The position numbers were made by a program, and so were the translations under genes. From NCBI GenBank assembly GCA_028534125.1, contig JAPYYK010000093.1, positions 434,001-498,000 on the forward strand: 64,000 bases of DNA. The letters are read 5' to 3'. Of this stretch, positions 1 through 12,050 are shown piece by piece (position 1 is the stretch's first letter; the number at the start of each line of letters is the position of its first letter). The DNA is from Lama glama (taxonomy: Eukaryota). The notes under the pieces are model-generated. The model was given only the letters and a program-made list of their open reading frames with translations, made no database searches and was not told the DNA's origin.

Positions 1-508
1 GAGCAGGGGTGGGGGGGGTAAGGGTGGGTGGAGACACCCTTGCCTGTGAAAACAGCATGGAGGGGTCGTCTGGCTACCTGCCCAGCCAGGGAAGATCAAA
101 CATCCGCTTCCCACTTTCTCCTTGGGTGGGCAAGGCGAGGCGAACGGCACTGGCCCAGCTCAGGGTACAGGGGCAAGGAGGAGCAGCACAATGAGCCCCG
201 TTCATAGGTTCAACAGAAGGTTGGACCTAACTGCCTTCCAATTAATATGGAGAAAGCAAGGTCCTCGGTGTTGGAGGTGGAACGTGAGTCCCTCTACTCC
301 CAGTAGCCCCTGTCCTAGTGGGATAGCTAGAGCAGGCAGCTCTGGGCCCCCAGGTCCCAGTGAACGCATTTTACAGATGAGAAGTCCCCAGCTGAGGAGT
401 CTCACAGCGACAAAACTGACTTCAAACCTTATATGGAAGAGCCTGAAATCTCGCCACATGCCCTGGTCCAGGTGCAGACAATCCAAGCACAGAAGAAGTT
501 GTCTTATA

Positions 509-514
509 TTTAAT
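509..514 (-). terminator. HYAL2 polyadenylation signal (ATTAAA)
   Basis: tttaat on the + strand about 300 nt past the HYAL2 stop, in an AT-rich context. Confidence 0.6.
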
Positions 515-810
515 TTACAAAAGAGACCCCAAAATAATAATAATAAACTACCCAGGGACAGGGGAGAAGGGTCAGGTCCTCCCCAGCCCAGCTGTGCCCC
601 TCTTCCCCTCTGGCCAGGAGGAAGGGGCCTCCCAGGGGACTGCCCCTCCCCCTTAGAACAGGGGGTAGGAGCTGGCATGGACACCCTACTGGGCATCCCA
701 GGGGCTCTGCCCCTCCAGACTCCAGTCTGTCCACCCCTTGCAGGCTTCTACATGCCTGGCACAGCCCCTGTGGCACAGGCCAGCTTGGCTGATAGCCGGG
801 TGAGAGATCC

Positions 811-3147
811 TTACAAAGTCCAGGTGAGGGCCAGGGCTGACACAGCCAGCAGGCCAGTGAGGTGGGACCCAGCCCAGGCCACACTGGCACCCCCAGCTGC
901 CCGCCTACGGTCCCACTGGCATTGCTCGCCACCCCAGCCTAAGTAGCACTGGCAGCGAAAGTGCGTCTGCAGGTAGTTGCGGTCGGCCCGACTGAGCTCC
1001 CCCTCTGGTCGAAGCTGGGGCTCATCAGGGTCGTGGCTAGGCACTAGGCGGAAGCTGCTGGCACTGAGGTGGAGGAAGGTATTAGCGCTGGGGTCGCGGC
1101 GCACACAGCGCCCGTGGCCATGGCACTGGGCCCAGCTGCAATACTGGGCGGCCCAGGACACATTGACGACGTAGGGAACCAGCAGCTGTGTCAGGTAATC
1201 CTTGAGGTGCTGGCAGGTTTCCTGGAGGCAGAGGCCAGGGATCAAGGTCAGCTGCCTCAGCTCACAGGCCCAGATAGAAACTCTGCGTCCACACTGCGGT
1301 GACTCTATCTTCTTTTAACAGTGCACACATGTACACACACAAGCCTGAGCCCTCACTGTCCCTGTTTCTTCTAAGCAGGGGTGGGGGTCGGGGCTGGAAC
1401 CCAGCAGGGCGGGGGGCAAGGTGGAACTCCACAGCTGTTCGGGACAGCAAGTCCCCTTTCCAGGGAGCAGGGGAGGTGGCTTTTCTCTGTTGGGACTGGG
1501 GCTGCCTCGGGTGAGACACAGACAAGGGGGCCACTTTGAGATTTGCAGCCCAAAGCCCAAACTCTCTGCCTGTCCCTGCACACTCGGCTCCAGTAGGCTG
1601 GGTGGGTCTTACTTACCATGGTGTACCTCGCATCACCCCAGAGGATGACGCCAGCTGCACCCAAGGCTGCACTCTCGCCAATGGTGGAGATGAGATCCAT
1701 CTGTGTGAGAAGGAGAGGGTCACTGGGGGAGACTGAAACCACAGGGTGAGAAGAACAGACAGAAGGGTGGGCAGGCCTTAGCCTGTTTCGACTTGCTGAC
1801 CACCCCCAATCCTGTCCTCCCCATATCACCCCTAAGCAGAAGGAGTTTCACTTTCTCCTTAAACGTTTGAGCCAGTCCCATCCCCACTTTAGGCCTCCGA
1901 TTCCCACGTCAAGGGGTGGCTTGAGCCTAGTCTGTATCTCTCAGGATGCAATCCAAAGTCAGAATGCTAGGCCCAAGTCCCTTCTCTGCCCTGGATTTGC
2001 TGGGAAGCTCTGGGTGAATTTCTCAGCATCTCTGGGCCTCATTTTCTTATCTGCAAAATGGAGATAACAATGCCACCCTTTCACCAGATTAGAGAGAGAA
2101 TGAGGTGGGGGGATGCAGAGTAGCCAGTAGACCAGAGGGGGGGGGAGGCCCCCTGGTACCTTGAATCTGCAGTCGTTTCCCTAGGAAGAAGGCAAGGCCC
2201 TGGGAGGCACATACCTCGCTAAGCCCTGTGAGTCCGTGGCTATAGGTGGGCCGCGTGAAGACATAGACTGGGAGTGCATGGCTGCTGTGGTGGGTGTGAG
2301 CCACGCGAAGGGCCTCCTGAACACGGAAGCTGACAAAGTTGCGGCCGTGAGTGGAGGAAGCGAGTCTCTCTTCCAGGTAGACAGAGGGGAAGAGGGCCGT
2401 GCTCTCGGCCCACAGCCAGGCCAGCTGGTCGTTTCGAGAGACCTCAACATCAGGGCAACGGCCTGTATAGGTTTTCTCGTTCTTCACATAATCGTGGTTG
2501 TAACAGTCGGGGAAGAGGTAGAAGCCCCATAGGTGCCGAGGCCGAAATGCCTTGACAAATCGCAGTGTTTCCAGCATGAACTGCCGTGCAGCGAACTCAA
2601 ACTCATATTGTGCCTGCTTGATTACGCGGTCTGGTGGCCAGTCGGGGTGGCGACTGGCTACCAACTGGCGTGATAATTGGCGGTACACATCCTTGTCCCG
2701 CCAGTTGCGCACCCACACTGGCCGCCAGTCCTCCCAGTCGATGACTGCCAGCCCTGCAGGCTCCTGCGTACGAATGTAGTGTTCCACATGTCCCTTTAGC
2801 ATCTTCAGGTGTACCCAGAGGCTGCCGTTCTGTGGCACACCGCCATGCACAGATCTCCCCATCGAATCGAAATGTGGATACATGCCCAGCCGGTCATGGT
2901 AAAAGATGGTGATGTTCTGGTTCACGAAACCCTCGTTAGGTGAAGCTTGCACATCAAAGGCCTTCATGTCCTTTGGGTCCAGTGGCACCTTGTGGCGTGG
3001 GCCACAGTCTTGTGTGGGCACATCCCATGCTACCACAAAGGGCCGGCCTGTAAAGATGGGCGGTGCTGTGGGCTTGAGCTCCGTGGCCCATGCCACCACC
3101 ACCACCACCAGGGCCAGTGTGACAGCAGGGCCAAGGCCTGCCCACAT
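811..3147 (-). CDS. HYAL2: Hyaluronidase-2 (GPI-anchored, glycoside hydrolase family 56), 475 aa; coding exons 2215-3147, 1617-1700, 811-1221
   Basis: Translation MWAGLGPAVTLAL...ELKPTAPPIFTGRPFVVAWDVP, catalytic IDWEDWRP, GFYLFPDCYNHDY, a C-terminal EGF-like Cys cluster and a hydrophobic GPI signal. All junctions are GT-AG, phase 0. TAA at 811-813. Confidence 0.97.
2000..2080. mobile_element. MIR SINE fragment
   Basis: MIR core-like tctctgggcctcattttcttatctgcaaaatggagataac. Confidence 0.6.
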
Positions 3148-3749
3148 ACTGGGGGCTGCAGGAAGACAGTGTCACCTGCCTGGCACCAGCTCAGGAACTG
3201 TGGGAAGGGTGGGAGAGATCAAGTTAGGCTAGAGAATCCTGGAGGTGACCACTCCAAACCCATCCACACACCCGAAGCCCATACCGTATAGGGCACTGTG
3301 CCCAAGGTTGTTCAAACGCTGTCACTGGCTATAACAGGTCTGAGAGACCACAGGCCACTGAAGGGAAGGCAAGACCCTGGGAACTCACTGCCAGAAGCAC
3401 AGGGCTCCTTTCTGAAGTAGGTGGCCTAAGGCTGGGCAGGAACTTCTGTTAGGTCTGTGAGCCCTCTGAGAACTGGAAGAATTAAGCTATGGACTCACTG
3501 CCCAGAGACTCACACATGGCTGCATACCACCCCAGACATGGTTTCTGAGAGCCCCAAACCAAGGCCCACTCTGTAACCCGTTAAGAACTCTTGGTCCTGA
3601 GAAACCACAGCATTTGGGTAAGGCAGGGCACAGCTCATGCAGCAGTTGGGAAGCTGGAACACAGCCCCAGAGCTGGTATCTTTTTTAACCCCGCCCAGCA
3701 GAAGAGTGAGGCTACTGGACTTTGTCTCAGCGCATTCTCCCAAGCTTGG

Positions 3750-4350
3750 TGGACGCCCCGCCGGGACAAAGGAGCGGCGGATCTCCCACGGTGGCGCCGG
3801 CAGACCGGCCTTTCCCTCCACAGCCACCAGGCACGCGCGCACCCGCCCGCCAGAGGGGTCCAGGGTAAAGCCCACTCCACCTGGTCTTTGTGCGGGACCC
3901 CGCCCCCGCCCCGCACGTGGGGCCTGAACCCGGCTGTGTGGGGGTGGGGCCCCTGGGTCGCCTCCTTAGGCGCATCCCTGGGGTCTCAGAACCGAACCTG
4001 CGGAGAGAGAGCCGCAAGGCTATCACTGCCCTCCCTCACCTCGCGCGGGACGCCGCCGGGACCTGCGCCATGGCCACCGCCATCCTCGCCCCAGCCTGGC
4101 CCGCTCCGGCCACTCGACCAGGGAAGGCCCCGGCTCGGCGCCTCTGCTGGCTCCGCCCCTAGCCCGCGGGCTCTTTAAGAACCCAGAGCAGAGGCGGACC
4201 CGGCGCTGGACTTGCGGCCAGGGCGGGAAGGTGTGCCCAACTTTTGAGCCGCCGGTGCCGCATTTTGGGCTCCAAGGTCCTCAGGTCCTCCGCCGAGGGA
4301 TGCGGCCACCCATGTGGGACCGTGACACCCTCCGAATAGGGCTTTCTTCT
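3750..4350 (-). promoter_or_regulatory. HYAL2 CpG-island promoter with non-coding exon 1 (donor GTGAG at 4039-4035)
   Basis: CpG-dense, GC boxes, CTCF-like motif near 4136-4152. The acceptor for the first coding exon lies just upstream of 3197. Confidence 0.7.
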
Positions 4351-5245
4351 GGAGTCTCATTCATGAGCGCCTGTCAGCCCAAAATCCACCCCCCGCAGCC
4401 CGCGGCCGGTGGTATAGTCCTCCCTACTCCACGGAGGGGCCAGCCACTTAAAGGGACAGCATAAAGGACGCGGGGTCGGGGAGGGAATAAAGGAGGTGGC
4501 GTTCCCCAGCCCGGCCAGAAGGAGGTGCTGTGGGACTCCGAGGCCTTCGCTGAGGGCAGTACGAATCTGGCTCTGCACCCCTGAGTGTAGCCTCCAGCCC
4601 AGGGCCCCCTTTTTATGGAAAGCGGGAGGGTGACCAGGCCGAACTCCTGCCTCCGGGAAAGTAATGCCCTGCCCCCAGTATCTGGGCTCCCTCCCTCTGT
4701 CCCGGGTCTGAAGGGAAGCCCCGCCCCCTTCCAGACTCGGGGAGGGGGCCGAGCACCCTCATGTTAGCCCTTCCACGAGCTGTGGGTCGCGGCTTGGCCC
4801 GCCCTGTGGCGGGCCAGTAAGCCCAGCGGGCCCTGGTTGTAGGGCGTCCCCCTGCCTCCGATCTGCATGTGAGACAAGTCAGTCCTTGGGCTCCCGTCCC
4901 CTCCTGTACAGTCTGGCGGGGGAGGTCAGTGGGAGCCCCCAAGGCTCCCTTTCAACTCTGAGGAAGCTGCCACCCTTGTTTAAGTTCCTGGCTAGACCTA
5001 GGAAAGCCGGCCCGGCTAGGGGAGTTCCGCCGGACCTCCACCCGATATCCTGAGTCCTTTTGCCCTTAAAGCCCCTTTCGTTGGGCAGCAGGCTTGGAGC
5101 TGGAATGCGGCGAGGAGTCCTCGACTCTTCTTGATCCGTTCCCCTGAGATCCTCAGCTACCCAAGTGTCCTGAGTCTGCCAAGCCATTTCTCACCCTGGC
5201 GCCTGAGGAGAGGGAGGGAGCGCAGCTGTGAGCGCATGTACTCAC

Positions 5246-5450
5246 CGGGGTGCAGACTGCGCCGGGCCCACCTGTGTGGGAGTCTGCCGGCCCAGTAGGT
5301 GGGCGGCCTCCCTCCTTGCTGGGTAAGCCTCTCCAGCCAAGCTAATCGCGCCAGCTGCTGCCCGCCGGGCAGCCCGCCGGCGACTTGATAAACCCTATCC
5401 CTCCCACCCGCTCCCGCCTCCCACCCCAGCCCTTTCTCCTCACTTCCTGC
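5246..5450 (-). promoter_or_regulatory. Probable alternative upstream non-coding first exon/promoter of HYAL2
   Basis: Consensus donor CG|GTGAGT at 5245-5240 next to a CpG-rich patch with ETS-like (cacttcctg) and GATA motifs. Confidence 0.45.
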
Positions 5451-7471
5451 TGCCCCTCAGAGAGGAAAGGGCCAGCAACAAACGCGGGGGAAGGGGACCT
5501 CCTTGACCCTGTTTCCCTCCGGCTTGTCCTGCTGGCTGGCTGCCCTTCCCACCCTTCCCCTGAGTAGGCCCTGGCTCTGCCAAATGTGCCAGGTGACAGG
5601 AAGGCTAGGAAACCTGGCTCAGGTGCCAGCCTCCCCCATGCTGGCAGCTTCCTTAACACTGAAAGTTCTCCCCAACCTGCCCATGGGGTTGAGGGCCCCT
5701 CCTCAAATCCAGCAGCTTGTGAGTGGAGGGGCCCTGGTGGTGGTGCTTTGGGGAGTCAAACTACAGGGATGTTAGGCAGATTGTTCCCCAAAGCAGGTGG
5801 TGAAGAAGGGAACCAGCCCTGGGGGTCGGGGTGTTGGGGGAACTTACAGGAGCTGAGTCAATTTTTTTCCACTGAGAGTGGAAGCATCCCGTGTGTGACA
5901 GATTGGACAATGTGTTGATGTGGTGACTGAGGGGTGGGGGTGGGGGTGGGGCAGGGACAGGGTGGATTCTGCAGGGTTCTCACCTACCAGAGGACATTCC
6001 TGGGTGGATTTCACTAACATGCTTTAGAGTAGGGGTCTCCTTACAACATTGGTGAGGAAAGGAGTGTGTTTCCTTGGGAAGGGGGTACCCAAAATGTGGC
6101 TGGCTCCAGGGAGGGCTGCAGCAGGGTCCCAGCAGGCCCCTCCAGAGGTACAGACTAATCTGTACACCCTCAAGTCACCCTGAGCCTATTCCCCTTTACC
6201 CTACTGGCCCACCTCCTTGATGCCCAGGGCCTCTCTCCTAACAGAAGTCTGTGTAAGACTGGGAGACTGGGGGAAGTGGGCACATACACTGGAGTCTACC
6301 CCTGATGACCAAGGAGTCTAGGACATGGCATGGGAGGGTGGTGTCCTGGACCACAGTGCTGGCTCCAAAAAGGACACAGGCCTTGGAAGCACCAAGGGTG
6401 GGGGACCCCTGGGGAAACAAAGGCCAGGCCAGACTGTCCCAGGGCAGGGACACTTCCTCAGGCAGCCAGCAGGAAGGAAGTGAGCGCAGCCCAGTGGGAG
6501 GGAGTGGGGAAGCACTGCCCTGACCCCCATTGTTTCCAGCTTTGGGGTCAGCTAGTACAGGCCCAGCACAGGGAGTTCCCCTACACTGGGACAGTGGTGA
6601 TGGGATACCATCTGGCATGGCAGAACCCTGGCTCTGGGGCAGTCAGTAGGAGGGACAGTGGAGGAAGACATGGCCTTAAAGCCTGGCATCTTGTCGGGAA
6701 AATAGGAAGTTACTCCAAGAAGAAAGACAAGTCCAGGCTGCACAGAGTGATCCTGCTCCAGACTTGACAAGCTTAAACCTCCAAAAGACAGGCAGGCCAA
6801 CTTCCCAGACCCAGCAACCTGTGTCCCTGAACTCCCTCCTCCCTGACTGGGAGTTGGGCTGATGGCCAAGGGCCTGACCTAGCAAAGAACCAGCCTCATA
6901 GCAGGACCTGAGAAGTGTGGGTCAAATGTCCACAAGGGGCAGGCAGCAGGTGAGAAGAAGCAGAAGGGACCAGTGGAAGTACTGGGTGGCTGCGCTTTGC
7001 CTCTGGGAACTGAAGCCCCAAGCCTACTCTCCTGGTACTACCTACAGGCAGGAGGCAAGTGGGTTTGGGCTGCAGAGCCTCGCAGTAGGTCACGGGCATG
7101 GTGGCACCCATCTGATTGCTGTCCACCTCAAGCTGGCCCTTGGAGGTCCAAGCGGCTCAGGCTGTGACTTCATGTGGTGTCAGCTAGCACTGCTGGGGGC
7201 AGGACAACTGTTCCAGACCTATCTGAGGTCACTCTCTCTACTCAGGTCAGGCAGGTGGGGCCAATCCCTAGTGAAGCATCCCAGGGCCTTCCAGTACCAG
7301 AGGTCCCCACTTATTGCACACAATACACAAGTGCGCGGCTCTCCATCCTGAAGGCCTGGGGTGAAGTCCGTGTAAGTACACTGCCACCTGCTGGTCGTGG
7401 CTGGGATGGCTGCAGGCTGCACACAGGCTCACTCTGAGCCCTGCTGGAGATGGGGGCAGCCAGAGCCCTGG

Positions 7472-7516
7472 GCCCAGGCCTACCTACTGAGCCCAGGCCT
7501 ACCTACTGAGCCCAGG
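7472..7516. repeat. 19-bp tandem duplication (gcccaggcctacctactga x2.4)
   Basis: Exact units at 7472-7490 and 7491-7509 plus a partial third. Confidence 0.9.
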
Positions 7517-7585
7517 TAGTGATCTAGACACTGGGTGTCACAGCCTCAGAGGATGTCACTCTTGTATGCAGGGTCTACAAATAAT

Positions 7586-7591
7586 TTTATT
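7586..7591 (-). terminator. TUSC2 distal polyadenylation signal AATAAA
   Basis: tttatt on the + strand about 1.1 kb past the stop, at the end of an AU-rich 3'UTR. Confidence 0.7.
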
Positions 7592-8723
7592 GAACAAATA
7601 ACACAACAGCCTTCTTATATTGAGGGCTACCCTCCCCAAGCCATTTCTTAACACTCTTAAAGCACAGAGTTTGCACAGTAAAGAATTAAAAAAAAAATCA
7701 TTTCTACGTAGAAATCAGACTGCCCCAACATCACGGACTAGATTATTTACAAGCTTTCACATTTTAAATATTCCTTTTATGGTTGTTCTCTCCTTTCTGT
7801 CCCTACCCAGGGGCTTCCATACTTTCTCCTGACTGATCCTGAAGGGATGGGTATACTGTAGGGAAGGGGTGGTGGGCTCCTCAGAACTACTGGCACCATC
7901 CCTGGGGTGCTGTCCTCTACCACAGGGTAGTAGACATGTAAGGGCAAGGGGGATTAGACAGAGTAGGTAGAATGGGGTGACTCCCCATAAGCACAGGCAT
8001 CCAGGTCCCTTCCTGATATCTGGCCTATGTCCCCTCAACTTGGCGGTGGGGTGGGGCAACAACTAGTCACAGTGGGGAGGGATCAGCCCAGCCCTGGGTA
8101 GAGGGAGAAGCCTCCCACACCAGCCCCTACTCCTATTACCAGCTAGCAAACTGTCCATCCATTTGGGGGTGGGAACAGATGGGCAAGAAGAAGAAGGCTT
8201 GCGCTGCCCCCAGCCTCTGTCCAACACAGGAGGAATCGAGGTAGCAAACGGCTGAAATGCTCCAACGAGAGGGTAAAAGAAATGAGGGAAAGGGAGTTTC
8301 AACTCGTGTATAGCTCCCACAGCCTTGGGGCTGAAAAAAGGCAGACCTTGCTTGTAAAGTGCTGTAGCCTCTAGCAGAGCTGGGCCCTAGGCAAGCTTGG
8401 AAGGAAGCAGGCCAGACAAGGGCACAGGACCCAGGCATTCCTGACCAGTATATGCCCTGCCACGCTCCTTGAAGGGATTGCTGGGGAAGGTGGGCTGGTA
8501 ACTCCGCCATCAGCCTTTGCCAGCCACCAGCCACCTCTTGTCCACATACAAACCAACACCCAACCAACATTGTAGGACTGCCCCGCTTACAGCTGAAGGT
8601 TCCAGGCCCGTGGAGTTTATTCAGGTTTGTGGCCCCAGCCTAGGTTCCTCAATGGAAGCCACACCTTGAGCCCGGGTGTTTCTTGCTGAGGCAGGGGGTG
8701 TTTATGCCTGCCACTCCCCAGGC

Positions 8724-10314
8724 TTACACCTCATAGAGGATCACAGGGAAATCCACGTGGATGCGGGGGGGATCCAGCTTCACGATGCCCTGCCATGGAA
8801 ACAGAGGCTAGTGAGGGCCAGCTCAGGGGCCCTACTCCAGGAAGCCTTCCTGTTCCTCCCAGCTCCTCCCCCAAGAGCCCCCACCATGACAGCAGACCCC
8901 ATCTGGGTCTACCTCCACACACTCAACATAGGNNNNNNNNNNNNNNNNNNNNNNNNNNNNNNNNNNNNNNNNNNNNNNNNNNNNNNNNNNNNNNNNNNNN
9001 NNNNNNNNNNNNNNNNNNNNNNNNNNNNNNNNNNNNNNNNNNNNNNNNNNNNNNNNNNNNNNNNNNNNNNNNACATGGAGCTGTGTAGAGGGAGAGGGGA
9101 ACAGGCTGCGCTGGAACCCCACACCTGGTCATGACAAATGCCACAGAACACAGGGAAGTGTGCCCTTCCCAAATGGGGAGAAACAACCTTGGTGTGAGGA
9201 AGGGAGGATAATATGCTTGGAGAATCCCTTGCTTAGGGTCTGGGGTCTACTAGAAGGAAGTGGGGAGTGGGTGGTGGCCAGTGCTACTCTGTCAGACCCT
9301 AAGAGCAGCCATACCGAAACATCACTGGTTTGTTCAGCAAGAAGACATCAGGCCCTGGACTTCACCTGGAAGTTCTAGAGTAGGCAGGATGGAGGCCTGG
9401 GCATGTTGGTCTCACTCCAGAAGACACTGTTGGCCCAGGGCCAAAGCCTGAGATAGCAGATGCCTAGGCTAGGAGGGAGCTTACAGGGGAAAAGGCTGCA
9501 TCCTCCCTGGCCAAGGTGGATGGTGCAGCCAAACTGCCACTGATGGGTCTCCCTAGTATCTACAGCAAAATCTCCAGCATCACCTGAGTGCCAGTCCTCA
9601 GGGGCCCATCAGAGTCAGGCCAATCTAGTGCTATGGTCTGGGCCCCTTGGGGGAGCGGGGAGGTCAGCGCTCCAGATCTAGGAAACATACCTGGGTGAGG
9701 GTCTTTTTCCCCAGGTCCCATCTCCAAACTAGGGCCCAGTCCTGCTTTCCCGGCCACTACCCAGAGAGGGTCCAACCCCACCACTGTGGGGAGCCAAAAC
9801 AGAGGGTCATTCTCCTCTAGGAAGTATTGGGGGTGAGGGAGGATAGGAGCCTTCAGCTTGCAGGCTGGGTGGAAGGGATAAAAGGAGGAGGTCCTTAAGT
9901 CTCAGGGATGCCCAATCTTAGCTTCACAGTGCGAAGGGCCTGCCCAGGGACAAGCCTCAGGCCCATTCTTAATCCTAGGAAGACCTTGACAGCAGCCAGG
10001 CCGCCAGGAACCGACTGCCCGCCTTTCCCCGTCCCTTGTTCCTAAGAGGGCCTGAAATATGGGAGTCGTCCTGACTCGGGTGTAGGGGTAGAGGGGCGGG
10101 AGTTCCCCATGACGAGGGGCGCCCAGCCACCCAGTCTGTCCTCCCCGGGGCGGAATCCCGCGCCTTACCCGCGGCGCGTGAATACGAAGGGGGGCACGAC
10201 TCGGCCTCGCGGTCGCACCAAAGCTTGCTCAGCGACCACCGCCTCCGGGCCACCGCCTCCCGCCGCCGAGGCGAAGGGCCACAGCCCCCGAGCTTTGGAG
10301 CCGCTGGCGCCCAT
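8724..10314 (-). CDS. TUSC2: Tumor suppressor candidate 2 (FUS1); exons 10169-10314, 9080 to about 8960 (mostly in N gap), 8724-8789
   Basis: Exon 1 encodes MGASGSKARGLWPFAS...PFVFTRRG (myristoylation MG). The exon 2 start cag|CTCCATGT is visible at 9080. The last exon encodes GIVKLDPPRIHVDFPVILYEV*. Confidence 0.95.
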
Positions 10315-10700
10315 GTCAGGGTCGCCGGCGCATGGTGAGCCCCGCGGCCGCTTCGCTCTCACAGGGCCGTCGGCGCCGCCATGCCCTGCCTGGGCCTCAG
10401 CTCTGAGGTGCCGCCGCCGCCGCCTTCCGCAGGCTCTGCTGTCTCCACGGAAACCTCACTTCCGCTTCCAAACGCTCCGCACGCTGCCCCTCTGACTGGC
10501 TGCTCCTCTTGTCGGTCTGCGGGGCTGAACCAATAGCCGCCCTCAGATGCTAGGCATCCCAGCATGCCCTGAGAGACGTCAGGTCCCAGCAGGCCACGCT
10601 CTGTCCGGCAGGAGCGGCTCCCACCCAGGAAAGCGGTGGCTGTACCCTCCTCCTGGCTCCTTCCGCGTGTATTGCAGATCCGACGTCCCCAATCCTTAGT
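10080..10700 (-). promoter_or_regulatory. TUSC2 CpG-island promoter
   Basis: High CpG density, ETS motif (cacttccg), CCAAT box near 10530, CRE-like gacgtca. Confidence 0.75.
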
Positions 10701-11268
10701 GGTCAGGTCCAGATGGCCTGCCCAGCCACCAAATCAGCACTTTAGGGCCTGACCTCAGGCCAGGCAGCTCAGTGCCCGTCTGGCTTCATTCTACCCAAAC
10801 ACCGTTTTTGCGAGTGGAAAAGAAACCGAACGTAAGGAGAATTAAGGAATCGGCCAATGGTTGTATAGCTACGTTCAGGACTGAGGAACTTCAAATTCAG
10901 TGTTCTTTCCAAACCCACCAGAAGCCACTCTTCATGAAGGCAAGAATTAACGTCTGTACCTTTGGCAGTGTCTGAGTCACAGTAGTATCTCTATTTGGTG
11001 AAACGTCTCCCACAGCTTCGAGTGTGTGGTTTCCCTAAGCTCTGGCTGCGGCTCATGTTCTTGCCCCCATCATGACCTGAGCCCGCAGGTGTTGAGTGAT
11101 GACTCAGTACATATCTGTACACTACATCCTTCACAAATTGGTCCCGTGGGCCCACTTGAAAAGGTGATCTGTGAGCCTGTCCATTAATCTTGGCAGCCAC
11201 TGGCATGAGGGGCAACTGCAGATAAGGGCCCATAATAAAGAATCCAAAAGCGGAAGAATTCTTAAATC

Positions 11269-11274
11269 TTTATT
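11269..11274 (-). terminator. RASSF1 polyadenylation signal AATAAA
   Basis: tttatt on the + strand about 780 nt downstream of the stop. Confidence 0.6.
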
Positions 11275-12050
11275 CAGCCAATTCTCTCAGGCCCCAGGCC
11301 CTGATGACTGTCACCCCTACCCCCTTCCCCACAGGAGGCATTCAGCTGAGGCCACAAAATATTACATACATCCGCACACATCATCAAAAATACCCAAGGG
11401 CAAGACCCTGGCTTTGACTGGCAAACAAGGCACAGACCTGGGCCAGTACCCACACTCACACAGACCCTGGCCCAGGGACATCCTCCTTGGAGGAGGCACT
11501 GAGGCACTGCTGCTGCTCCATGAGCCAGCACTCCCTGATCACAGGGTGTGTGAGGAGTCAGAGGGTGCTGCAGAGGGAACCCTAGACTCTTCCTCGATAC
11601 CTGCCTTATGTTGCACACCCAACCTTGGCTCGTCCTCAGACCTCATCCAAGACCCAAAACACACAACCTTTCGCCATAGATGAGAGCCCTCATCCCTGCA
11701 AACATGACCCTATTCTGTTGGTAGGGTCTCCAAAATTCTCATATCTGAGACACAAATTAAGGAGACTTCTGTCTGTTCTACTCCTGCTGCAAGCCTGGAG
11801 CAGTGTCCCAGGGCAACCCTAGCCCACCATGACCCAGTACATGAAGCGCAGATGGGTGCAGAGCCATGCTCTGCTACACCCACTGGTGGACACAGGGGGC
11901 CATCTCCTTCGCTGTTCTCTGGGCTTGTTCCCCCAGCAAGAGAGGGCCTCCATGCACACTCATTCCTCAGGCCACATGGGCCTTCTCACACTCACACGGC
12001 ACGCCCTCGGTGCTGCCTACTTTCCTCCTTCCACCCAGGGGTACAAGAGG

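Noticed and set aside
122-946. 274-aa plus-strand ORF antisense to the HYAL2 3' end
   Set aside because: Non-ATG start, no recognisable domain, and it overlaps the HYAL2 UTR and last exon.
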